From a virus: a DNA stretch of 41,559 nt. The notes under the pieces are model-generated. The model was given only the letters and a program-made list of their open reading frames with translations. It had not been told where the DNA came from and searched no databases. Both the position numbers and the translations under genes were made by a program. Shown here one piece after another: positions 15,319 through 23,299 of the stretch (position 1 is the stretch's first letter; each line of letters opens with the position of its first letter). The stretch spans positions 1-41,559 of IMG/VR virus record IMGVR_UViG_3300045988_027176; one strand, 5' to 3'.

Positions 15319-15752
15319 TTCCCGCCGACCTGCCAATGCATCATGTCGCCGCCAAAATCGCGGACATCAACCGTGCTCACGTCAAAGGCGTAATCGTATT
15401 TCTCTTGCAGCTGCGCAAGGCTCATCATTTCGGAAACCTCGCCTTTGACAAAGTAGGTGGACGTGGAATTGCTATGTCCGCCGCTATCCAGCGTCCACAA
15501 TCCCTGTTGATCCGCCGCCGCATAGAACGCTTTTGGCTCGACATACGTTTTCTTGTCGCCGGTCGTACTGACCGCATCAACGGAAAAGGGGATGTAAAGA
15601 GTAGCGGCGTCAGCGTCGGCAAGACCCGTCTTTGCAACGTTCGTTCCCTTGGACACATCCAACAGCACACCACGCAGGATGGTAATACTGTTGTGAATCT
15701 TTAGGTCGTCGTCCTCGTAGGAGTTAAAGACAGTCACAACATGAGGGAACAC
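15315..15752 (-). CDS. Head closure / head-tail adaptor protein
   Basis: I place the start at GTG 15752 (RBS agaggagg plus 8 nt). The upstream extension in the ORF track overlaps the previous gene and is R/K-rich junk. Confidence 0.45.
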   Translation of the reverse strand: MFPHVVTVFNSYEDDDLKIHNSITILRGVLLDVSKGTNVAKTGLADADAATLYIPFSVDAVSTTGDKKTYVEPKAFYAAADQQGLWTLDSGGHSNSTSTYFVKGEVSEMMSLAQLQEKYDYAFDVSTVDVRDFGGDMMHWQVGGK

Positions 15753-16125
15753 AGCGCTGACCTCCTCTGTACAAAAGCCCCGTCCATGCCAGATAGTCCA
15801 TAGCGATATCTTCCAGCGTTTTCCGGGCGGCTTCCGCCGTCTCCGCGCCACTTGCGTATGTCTTGCTCCACGCGCCTACGGTCTGGCTCTTGACCTCGCC
15901 GCCGCTCATGCTCTGCGCTTTGGCGTTCTCAATGATTTGATACTGTTCCGCCAGCGCGCAGCAGCACATCGCAAGCGCGTTGTCATCGTCCGGGTAGTCC
16001 TTCGCCTTGCCTATCGTGTAATAGTCGATGAAGGAGCTTGCCCGCTTGGATGCACGGGCAAACTCCTGTTCCGTCAGGGCGCTGCCGAGATATGTGTCGG
16101 TGTAAAACGTGTATGTTGCGTACAT
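15724..16125 (-). CDS. Head-tail connector (gp6/gp15-like DNA packaging protein)
   Basis: 133 aa. RBS aggagggg. The N-terminus Y.FYTDTYLG...EQEF..A...AS.FIDYYT is typical of the gp6-like connector family. Confidence 0.55.
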   Translation of the reverse strand: MYATYTFYTDTYLGSALTEQEFARASKRASSFIDYYTIGKAKDYPDDDNALAMCCCALAEQYQIIENAKAQSMSGGEVKSQTVGAWSKTYASGAETAEAARKTLEDIAMDYLAWTGLLYRGGQRCVPSCCDCL

Positions 16126-16143
16126 CTGCGCCCCTCCTAATTA

Positions 16144-17355
16144 TCAGCCAACGGTAACGGCAGCCGTGCCGGACTTCGTGCCGTCCTGCTTGGAAGTCGC
16201 GGTAACGGTCAGCGCAGTATTCGTCTCGTTGGAGGCGATAGTCAGCGTGCCGTTCTCGTCAATCTTCGTTCCGGCCTTAACAGCAGCCGTGCCGGAAACG
16301 CTCCACAGCACGCCGTTAGACACCGCGCCCTCGCCGGTCACAGCGGCGGCAAACGTCTTGCTCGCTCCCTTGGCAACGGTAGCGGTGGACGGGGTAACGC
16401 TAACGGTGTTGACCGTACCGGCGGGAGCGTACACCGCGAACGGGCAGTACTTCGACAGGGTGTCGTTGTACGCCGTCTTCGGGTTAGGGATTTCCCAGCC
16501 GAGACGCATAACCGCACGCAGCGCGACCATGTCATTCTGCATGAGGTTGTAAACGATGGAGTTGTCGGAAGGATCCTGCACAACGCCCTGATCGAAAATC
16601 TTGAACGTGATGTCCTGACGGATGGAGTACACCAGCTCCGACCAGTCACCGGCAAACATAAGCGCCTTGGCAGTGTCAAAAGCGCCGTTGCGCGGAAAGT
16701 ACATAGGAGAGCCGTCCAGCGCATAAGGCGTCGCGCCCTGCATATCGGTTTTGAAGATGGGATTGCCGTTCAGGTCTTTCAGGCCGCGCAGCTTCGCGCG
16801 CATCTGGATAGCGGACATAATGCCGTTGACGAGATAGCCGCTTTCCTCGACCTTGGCGATCACGCCGCCCTCGGCGAGAAGGTCGTCATAAATGTACGGC
16901 GTCGCCGCCACGACGGAACCGGCCTTCGTGCAAGTCTCAAGGACGCTATCGCGCCAAGAGGTGGGCTTGTTCGTGCCGAACAGGATCGCGCCGTCAATGA
17001 CCTTACCGAACGCCTCGACCAGACGCGGGCGGACTTCGCCCCAGATGTCATAGTCGGCGTCGTCAAGCACCGCCTCCGGAATGGGGACGATAACGGCGAT
17101 CTCTTCGGCATAGATTTTCTTCTTGTCCCACTTCATCTTCGTGGTCTGCTTCATGCCGGTGTCGCCGTTCACGAAGTAAGCGGTCGGGAGCATGTCCAGA
17201 ACGTTCATCGTCTGGGTCTTGCTGGTCATGTTGGGGAGGCGGCGTCCCATCTGGAGGACGGCGCTACCCTCGGTCACGCCCTGGATGATCTCACGGGTGA
17301 CAGGTTCCGGGATAAGCCCGGAAAGGTCAGTTCTGTTTACAATGTTAGTAGCCAT
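16144..17355 (-). CDS. Major capsid protein (HK97-fold family) with C-terminal Ig-like (Big_2-type) domain
   Basis: 403 aa. The core resembles the phage capsid family. The last ~85 aa (TVSVTPSTATVAKGASKTFAAAVTGEGAVSNGVLWSVSG...TVTATSKQDGTKSGTAAVTVG) match the Big_2 pattern. Confidence 0.85.
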   Translation of the reverse strand: MATNIVNRTDLSGLIPEPVTREIIQGVTEGSAVLQMGRRLPNMTSKTQTMNVLDMLPTAYFVNGDTGMKQTTKMKWDKKKIYAEEIAVIVPIPEAVLDDADYDIWGEVRPRLVEAFGKVIDGAILFGTNKPTSWRDSVLETCTKAGSVVAATPYIYDDLLAEGGVIAKVEESGYLVNGIMSAIQMRAKLRGLKDLNGNPIFKTDMQGATPYALDGSPMYFPRNGAFDTAKALMFAGDWSELVYSIRQDITFKIFDQGVVQDPSDNSIVYNLMQNDMVALRAVMRLGWEIPNPKTAYNDTLSKYCPFAVYAPAGTVNTVSVTPSTATVAKGASKTFAAAVTGEGAVSNGVLWSVSGTAAVKAGTKIDENGTLTIASNETNTALTVTATSKQDGTKSGTAAVTVG

Positions 17356-17380
17356 ATTAGTCTTGTTTACCTCACAATTC

Positions 17381-17881
17381 TCATTTAAATTTGCCCCGAA
17401 TAAGGGCGTTCATAGCGTCGTTAGTGCCATTAGCACTGTTGGCGCTGTTGCCGACGTGCGCGGACATATCCACACGCACGGAGGCGGGTTTGCGATCTTT
17501 CAGAAACTCGTCGGCTGCCTTTTCAAAGCTCACCGTGTCCGTCACTTTCTGCCCGATCTTAAAGCAGTAAAATTCCAGCTCATCAGCCGAAACGCCCTTT
17601 GCGGTCAGATACTTTTCCCGCTCAAACTGCGTTACCTTCGCTTCGGCGGCAAGCCGCGCCGCCTTTTCGGTGTCGCGCTCTTTCTCGATTCCCTTGAGCT
17701 TGTCCGCTTCGCTCTGCTGATTGGCTTTCCAAGCCTTATAAGCGTTCATTTCTTCCTCGGTGGGCATTCCTTTGGTTGCCCGCGCGAGACGCTTTGCAAC
17801 GATATTGTCTACCTCGGCTTGTGTAAAAGTAGCCTCGTTCCCGCCCTCGGCGGTGTTGGGATTGGTATTCGGTTCTGCCAT
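17381..17881 (-). CDS. Capsid scaffolding protein
   Basis: Start MAEPNTNP at 17881 (RBS ggaggaatcatc). Helical, charged, with a coiled-coil-like centre. Lies immediately upstream of the capsid gene. Confidence 0.7.
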   Translation of the reverse strand: MAEPNTNPNTAEGGNEATFTQAEVDNIVAKRLARATKGMPTEEEMNAYKAWKANQQSEADKLKGIEKERDTEKAARLAAEAKVTQFEREKYLTAKGVSADELEFYCFKIGQKVTDTVSFEKAADEFLKDRKPASVRVDMSAHVGNSANSANGTNDAMNALIRGKFK

Positions 17882-17933
17882 GATGATTCCTCCGTTTTCC
17901 GCCCGTCGGCGTATTCCGTTTATGCCCGTCGGC

Positions 17934-17968
17934 AAACAAAAAAGGAACGGGTGTAAAACTCGTTCCTT
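17934..17968 (-). terminator. Rho-independent terminator downstream of the tRNA
   Basis: 8-bp stem aaggaacg/cgttcctt. On the minus strand it is followed by UUUUUUGUUUG. Confidence 0.65.
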
Positions 17969-18091
17969 GAATGTTTTAAATTTCGGCTCGTGCGGGCGTT
18001 CCCTCCCGCGTCAACCGCGCCGGGCCAAACGCCCGGTGCCACAGCAGGCGAACCCGCCGTGCGATCTTGCACGATTTAATGACGCCTTAGT

Positions 18092-18165
18092 TGGCAGCGC
18101 GAGTTGGGATTGAACCAACATCGACAGGATCAAAGCCTGTTGTGTTACCTTTGCACCATCGCGCT
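18092..18165 (-). tRNA. tRNA-Gln (anticodon UUG), 74 nt with encoded CCA
   Basis: Folded by hand. Acceptor AGCGCGA/TCGCGCT. Weak D arm GTG(C)/CAC. Anticodon stem ACAGG/CCTGT with loop CTTTGAT. Variable loop CGAT. T arm GTTGG-TTCAATC-CCAAC. Discriminator G, then CCA. Confidence 0.8.
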
Positions 18166-18333
18166 ATAAATGCATGGCCGCTGTTGAGCAGTAGCGACGC
18201 GGTTTTTGTATCCCCCTCCGCAGGGGCAAGACAGGGGGAAAGGAAGGAAGCCCTGCCAAAGCAAGACCGTTATTTCTGTACCCGCCACAAGGTCAGGCGG
18301 CGCTCTCTGTTATGCTTTTGAAAAATAGGCATA

Positions 18334-18362
18334 GAAAAAGCACCGTGTGTTTACACGATGCT
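18334..18362 (-). terminator. Rho-independent terminator after the MuF-GNAT gene and small ORF
   Basis: On the minus strand: AGCAUCGUGU-aaac-ACACGGUGCU (one G-U pair) followed by UUUUUC. The stop codon of the 54-aa ORF lies in the stem-loop. Confidence 0.6.
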
Positions 18363-18515
18363 TTTGAACATATCAAATTCTTCGTAAGTCAGTTCCGTGA
18401 ATTCTTTCCCTGTCTCTCTGCAATATTCTCGAATCCGCTTGAAATTATAGCCCGGCGAGCTGTCGGGAAACGGATCAGTCAGAGCGCCGTAATTGTCAAG
18501 AGGATTCTCCGCCAT
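18351..18515 (-). CDS. Hypothetical small protein (54 aa) overlapping the end of the MuF-GNAT gene
   Basis: My translation: MAENPLDNYGALTDPFPDSSPGYNFKRIREYCRETGKEFTELTYEEFDMFKSIV. Its ATG lies 20 nt inside the upstream gene. No clear Shine-Dalgarno, so expression would depend on coupling. Confidence 0.35.
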   Translation of the reverse strand: MAENPLDNYGALTDPFPDSSPGYNFKRIREYCRETGKEFTELTYEEFDMFKSIV

Positions 18516-20271
18516 AGTATCTGTCATATAGTTTTTTCGCGCTCCTTTCTTCGATGGCCATAATTCTAAGTCTTGGGTTAATGAGCGTTGCGCCGAGCGA
18601 TTCTTGATAATGCTTAATCAAATCCGACTTGGCAGTAAAGTATACATATCCGTCAAAACCTTGTTTGAAGCTCTCCCGAACAGCCTCTGCAAACAAATGG
18701 CCGCCTACACCAGAATACTCCTTACTTAGAAATGCAGGGTTGTGCGGGTTGTTAAACGGAGCAGCTTCGACTATATCAATCTTTACGGCATAATTGTTTG
18801 GATCCGGCTTTAAGGCAATTAAACCCTGTATGCGGTTATCTCCATTCGCTTTAATTCCGCGAATTGTATACCCGTTCTTACGCGGAATCGTCCAGTCAAA
18901 CTCCCAGTCCTTAAAATCGCGTTTTGTTGGAATAACCTCAACGACGGTGGTGTTGACAAATTGTCCGTCATTCATTCTTTTAAGGCAAGGTGTAAGCTCG
19001 TCAACCTCGATTTTAATTATACCATTTTCAGGCTGTTTTGCAATATTTTTTGCAGCTTTCTGCGCTTCCCGTGCTTCTTTCGGCCCGAACTCCGCGATGT
19101 TCCCACGCTCGTATTGTGGCCGCAGTCCTGCCGCCTTACTGAAAGCCTCGTATTCCTCGTTTAGACGACGATACCGTACAGACTTGGTCGTATACTCCTC
19201 ATCGTCTCCGCGTCCTTTAGCAGCTATTAGCTCACGTTTAACTTTACGCAGCGATGCTTCAACCTGCCTCTGCTTTTGTGTCGCTTCGTAAAAGGTGTAT
19301 TGCTTGCCCTCAAACTCAAAAGGCGGCGGGTCGATGTTCTCCAATTCCTCATCGGTGTATGTCCGCTCGGAAACACCCTCGATCCAGATATGGTACATAT
19401 GGCGGCAGTTTGCGCCGCACAAGCCGTCCACCTCGTCAAGGCCGCAGACCTCATAGATGGACGGGTAAATATCGCCGGTACGTACGGAATAAACGCGCCC
19501 CTGCCATTTCTTGTGGCTCGCCCATGGCGTTTTGCCCTCTCCGTCACGCGCTCCGCGGTGCGCCGTAACCTCCCTGTATGGCGTGTCAAGCAACGTCGCC
19601 GTCTGCTCGGTGTACTGCCGGGAAAGCTGGGTAACGCCAGTCATAACGGCTCTGCGGGCAGCAACGTCAACGCGGTTATGCCAGCCGGATTCATAGTCAA
19701 CGTACTGCAAGCCGCTGTCCGTCAGCATCTTCGTTGCGTCACGGATCGCCACGTTATAGCTCTGCCCGCTCTCAACGCGCATCAAGGCATCGTCAAGCAC
19801 GCGCTGGTACATACGGCCTATATCATCGACCTTTACCGTGCCGTCCGGCGCTCGGTACGCAAAGCCCATGCTTCGGGTAATGTTCGTCAGCTCTCCGAGC
19901 GTCTGCATCTCAATGGCGTTGATTTCCTGCATGAACAGGTCGGCATTGAAGTTGTTTTCACCGAGAATGAGGTTGTCGTCGATCAGCGTATCAAAATACT
20001 GCTGATTGCGTTGAACGGCCTTGTTCCATACGGTGTCAAACTCGCTCTGTGTGAGCTTTAGGGTCTTTCGGATATACTCGTTGATTTTTTTGTAATCGTA
20101 TCCCCTCCGCTGCAAAGACCGTATATGCTCTATCGCCGTCTCCGTCATTTCCCCGGTCATGGCAACACGGGAGCATATGTCCTCAAGGATTTGCTCTTCT
20201 AAGCGCTGATATAGCCGCATAAGCGGCAGGGGCAGGGAGTACATGAACTCCGGCGTGATCGGGTATTTCAT
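18496..20271 (-). CDS. Head morphogenesis protein (Mu F / SPP1 gp7 family) fused to a C-terminal GNAT-like acetyltransferase domain
   Basis: 591 aa. MuF signature ...TAHRGARDG...HKKWQGRVYSV...GANCRHMYH. The C-terminal ~170 aa (IQGLIALKP...VKIDIVEAAP...YSGVGGHLFAEAVRESFKQGFDGYVYFTAKSDLIKHYQESLGA) have GNAT-like beta4-alpha3 and beta5-alpha4 patterns, including a G-x-G-G CoA-loop-like motif. Confidence 0.75.
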   Translation of the reverse strand: MKYPITPEFMYSLPLPLMRLYQRLEEQILEDICSRVAMTGEMTETAIEHIRSLQRRGYDYKKINEYIRKTLKLTQSEFDTVWNKAVQRNQQYFDTLIDDNLILGENNFNADLFMQEINAIEMQTLGELTNITRSMGFAYRAPDGTVKVDDIGRMYQRVLDDALMRVESGQSYNVAIRDATKMLTDSGLQYVDYESGWHNRVDVAARRAVMTGVTQLSRQYTEQTATLLDTPYREVTAHRGARDGEGKTPWASHKKWQGRVYSVRTGDIYPSIYEVCGLDEVDGLCGANCRHMYHIWIEGVSERTYTDEELENIDPPPFEFEGKQYTFYEATQKQRQVEASLRKVKRELIAAKGRGDDEEYTTKSVRYRRLNEEYEAFSKAAGLRPQYERGNIAEFGPKEAREAQKAAKNIAKQPENGIIKIEVDELTPCLKRMNDGQFVNTTVVEVIPTKRDFKDWEFDWTIPRKNGYTIRGIKANGDNRIQGLIALKPDPNNYAVKIDIVEAAPFNNPHNPAFLSKEYSGVGGHLFAEAVRESFKQGFDGYVYFTAKSDLIKHYQESLGATLINPRLRIMAIEERSAKKLYDRYYGGESS

Positions 20272-21686
20272 TCATTTTCGCCCGATATAAGGCTCTCCAT
20301 CTTCGGCAGGGCGGCTTTTGCCGTCGCCTCGTCCTCGTTCATATAACGCATTCTGAACTCATACGGCTGCATGATCCCCATCTTCACCATACGCGCATCT
20401 CGGTTAAACTCCGATTCCTTATCCTCAATGATGGAATCGTCGAAATCAACCGTGATCTCAACGTCCTCATTCAGCCCGGCATTCATATAAGCATTGCCCA
20501 TTCGGAGCAGGACGCGGCACAGCTCAATGAGAGCGCTTTCAAGGATGATCTCGTGCTTTTTGATAGTGCGGAACATCTCGGAGTTTTCGCTTATAATCTG
20601 CGTCGCTGTGGAGACGTTGCCGTTGTCGTATTTGTAATGGTTCTCGCCAAAGCCGCACTTGCTCGACAGAAGATTTAGCATGTCCTGAATGCCGGCGTTG
20701 TGTTCCGCCGTGCGGAGGTTCATGTTGATCTCTTTGATGATATCGCCGTCCTTCCCGTCGGCGGGAAGAACATAAAAAACAACGTCGCTCGTATCGAATA
20801 GCGGCTCGCCCGTGTGGAAATTCTTTGTAGCCTGCGGTTTGAGCATGACGCGCTTCTTGCCAAGCTGAAACTCATTCACATAGCTGTCGTATGTCAGGTC
20901 AACGCCCTTTAGTTGATCTATTGCGTTCGCAAACACCGAAATGCCCATCGGCAGGGTTGCATCAACGTTGTTGACGATGTTCAGCCGGTCAATGACGAAC
21001 ATCCGCTGCGTGAACGGCGTATGCACGACCGGAGCTACATTTTCAAACCCCGGAACATCGGCAAGGTTCACCTCCGACAGGCTCCCCTTTGTGTCACGAT
21101 ACAAAAGGTTTTCGATGTCGTATGTCCCCTTTTCCGTTCGCTTATGTATGCAGATGTAAAGGTAAGAATCTTTCTTTATTGCCTTGTGCGATCCGAACGC
21201 GCATTCGGTTACGATGCCGTTCTCCCATGTAAGGGGAAGGATAAGGTCAGCCGGTACATAATCGATGCGGATTTCCCCGCCGCTGCCGTTCACCTTGCCC
21301 GTCTGCTCATCGACAGACGCATTAACGACCGTCGGAACATACGCGACAGTGCCGCGAGCTGCCTTGATCTCCTGCATCTCGTTCGATTTGACGGTGAAGT
21401 TGTTCCGCTCAAAAACGGAATCGATGAAGTCCTGCTCTGGCTTCCCCTCAAGCGTTATCTTGCACTTTTCGTTCAGCAAAAGGTTCGCCCAGTCCTCGCA
21501 GACCTTTTTCGCCATGCCGAGAGAATACAGGCGACAGGGGACATATTTCATGCCGTTCCAGATGCGGTAACGGTGGAACTGCTTCACATACCCGTCATAC
21601 CAGCTCTTCCAGTTCTGAATGTAAGTGTAAAACTCTTCCGGCACGGTGGTATATCCACGTGCCCGTAAAACCTCGTAAATGTTCAT
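20268..21686 (-). CDS. Portal protein (SPP1 gp6-like)
   Basis: 472 aa, between terL and the MuF gene. ATGA overlap with the downstream gene. Confidence 0.85.
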   Translation of the reverse strand: MNIYEVLRARGYTTVPEEFYTYIQNWKSWYDGYVKQFHRYRIWNGMKYVPCRLYSLGMAKKVCEDWANLLLNEKCKITLEGKPEQDFIDSVFERNNFTVKSNEMQEIKAARGTVAYVPTVVNASVDEQTGKVNGSGGEIRIDYVPADLILPLTWENGIVTECAFGSHKAIKKDSYLYICIHKRTEKGTYDIENLLYRDTKGSLSEVNLADVPGFENVAPVVHTPFTQRMFVIDRLNIVNNVDATLPMGISVFANAIDQLKGVDLTYDSYVNEFQLGKKRVMLKPQATKNFHTGEPLFDTSDVVFYVLPADGKDGDIIKEINMNLRTAEHNAGIQDMLNLLSSKCGFGENHYKYDNGNVSTATQIISENSEMFRTIKKHEIILESALIELCRVLLRMGNAYMNAGLNEDVEITVDFDDSIIEDKESEFNRDARMVKMGIMQPYEFRMRYMNEDEATAKAALPKMESLISGENE

Positions 21687-22925
21687 TTATGCCTTCACTC
21701 CGTACAATCTGAATACAGGCTCCATCCCATACCGGATAGCGTCTATTGCATGGTTGTTCTTGTCTGGGTATCCGCTGATAATCTCGCCGTCTTTGTTCCG
21801 TTCGTACTCATAGCCGACGATCTCTTTGTATGCGTTCGGCGTCCTGCGTTTGTCAATAACAATTTTTCGACGCTGTAGCCACTTCATACCATACTCGACA
21901 CTTCCCGGGCCTTTTATGGCGTTTCTTGCATCCAGCCCACTTGCCCGCAAGTCTGCGATGCTTTTAGGCTCCGCGCTGTCACATGTGATCGGGAAATCAT
22001 TATAATGGCGGTCGCGGATCCAGACGGCATTGTCTTCGTTACTCGTCTTATTGACGTAATGCTCATCGATCAGATATAACGTTTCTCTGGCAACATCATA
22101 GTATATGCGGATAAAGCAAAACGGATCAGGATACCAGCCAAAGTCGATGCCTTGATAAATCCTGTCAAACCGCTTTACTTCGTCGTCCGTAATTTCCCGA
22201 AGCTCCAACCGCTCAAATACGTTGCCGCCCGTGCCTACAGGCAGACCAAGGTATTCGTGTTGGTACGCTCTTTCATCGGTCTGTTTAAGGTATTCGGCTT
22301 CGTTTATGAACTCCTCGCCGAGCCAGCTCTTAGGCGCATCAAGGTAGGTGCTTATGTGGCACAGTCGGTTCGGCTTGTCTTCAGCACTATCTATATTCGC
22401 CCAATTATCGCGGCTGATAGGCGGGTTGTAGCTCTCGAAATTCCAGAACTTGTCCCCGCCGCGCATTGTTGACTGCAAAATGGTGCGTATCTCCGCCCTG
22501 CCGGAAAACTGATCTTTTTCCTCAAAGTGAGTAACGGCAATGTACCCGAACGGCACCTTGATAGATTTAATCTTCATTGGGTCGTCTGCGCCACGGAACA
22601 TGATCTTTTGCCCGGTCGGGCGGTAGATGATTTCCATCGGACTGACCTTTGCGTACCATAGCCCGGCCATGCCAAGCTCGGAAATCGCCCACATGTACTG
22701 GTTAAACACACTGTCTCGAAGGGTGTTTGCAACCTTACGGAGCACCAGCGCGTGAGTATTTGGATTGGCGATTAACAACTGTGGTACAAGCAGGGATACG
22801 GTTGACGATTTCAGGCTCCCTCGACCGCCGCGAATGTCGTAATGCGTATGACCGTGCCGCATAACGTCTTTCGCAAGGTCATAAAATACAGGGGCAAGCA
22901 TTTCTGACATTTTTATATGTCCCAT
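21687..22925 (-). CDS. terL: Terminase large subunit (PBSX/Terminase_3-like)
   Basis: 412 aa. Walker A-like GGRGSLKSS. C-terminal nuclease motifs (DSAEPKSIADL, HAIDAIRY). Confidence 0.9.
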   Translation of the reverse strand: MGHIKMSEMLAPVFYDLAKDVMRHGHTHYDIRGGRGSLKSSTVSLLVPQLLIANPNTHALVLRKVANTLRDSVFNQYMWAISELGMAGLWYAKVSPMEIIYRPTGQKIMFRGADDPMKIKSIKVPFGYIAVTHFEEKDQFSGRAEIRTILQSTMRGGDKFWNFESYNPPISRDNWANIDSAEDKPNRLCHISTYLDAPKSWLGEEFINEAEYLKQTDERAYQHEYLGLPVGTGGNVFERLELREITDDEVKRFDRIYQGIDFGWYPDPFCFIRIYYDVARETLYLIDEHYVNKTSNEDNAVWIRDRHYNDFPITCDSAEPKSIADLRASGLDARNAIKGPGSVEYGMKWLQRRKIVIDKRRTPNAYKEIVGYEYERNKDGEIISGYPDKNNHAIDAIRYGMEPVFRLYGVKA

Positions 22926-23299
22926 TCAATGATCGCCCCTCTATCAACTTCCGGATCAGGATAGTCTTTCTGTCCGAGAACTTGCTTGCCAAGCCATATC
23001 GCCATTGTTGCATTAGTTTCCGATAGCTTCATCTGGTTACGGCGCAAGCTCACTTTGCCTCTGGCCTGTCCTCTTTTTTTGCAGTCTAAGAATGTTTCTC
23101 GGTTATTCTTGTTATGCAGCGTTTCTACGGTAGTGCCAAGCTCCCCGGCCATTTCTTCATCTGTGCACATGTATTTGGACAGCATCTCGACCAGTTGCTT
23201 ACCCTCGACACTCAAAACAAGGCTCGGTCGGCCTTTTCCGTTGGGCTGCTTATTCAGATATTTGTTAAACGCTCCAAGCTGTTCAGCAGTCTTCGCCAT
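22913..23299 (-). CDS. terS: Terminase small subunit
   Basis: 128 aa. HTH-like region (TDEEMAGELGTTVETLHNK). Overlaps terL by 13 nt. Confidence 0.75.
   Translation of the reverse strand: MAKTAEQLGAFNKYLNKQPNGKGRPSLVLSVEGKQLVEMLSKYMCTDEEMAGELGTTVETLHNKNNRETFLDCKKRGQARGKVSLRRNQMKLSETNATMAIWLGKQVLGQKDYPDPEVDRGAIIEWDI

Noticed and set aside
18092-18165. The phage tRNA as a suppressor tRNA signalling stop-codon recoding.
   Set aside because: The anticodon reads UUG (a normal Gln codon, CAA), not CUA or UCA. All gene calls in the window terminate sensibly with standard stops and need no in-frame TAG or TGA readthrough.
18166-18333. A second tRNA or other known ncRNA in the GC-rich spacer upstream of the tRNA.
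   Set aside because: I found hairpins, but no T-loop (GTTCRA) or cloverleaf. I cannot assign it, so it is only mentioned under the tRNA finding.
10019-21668. Long plus-strand ORFs inside the structural block (for example 10019-10696, 11542-12342, 12808-13632, 13521-14465, 17192-17956, 19276-20061, 20913-21668).
   Set aside because: All are antisense to recognisable tail, tape measure, capsid, MuF or portal genes. They lack RBSs and have low-complexity R/L/V-rich translations. They are shadow ORFs.
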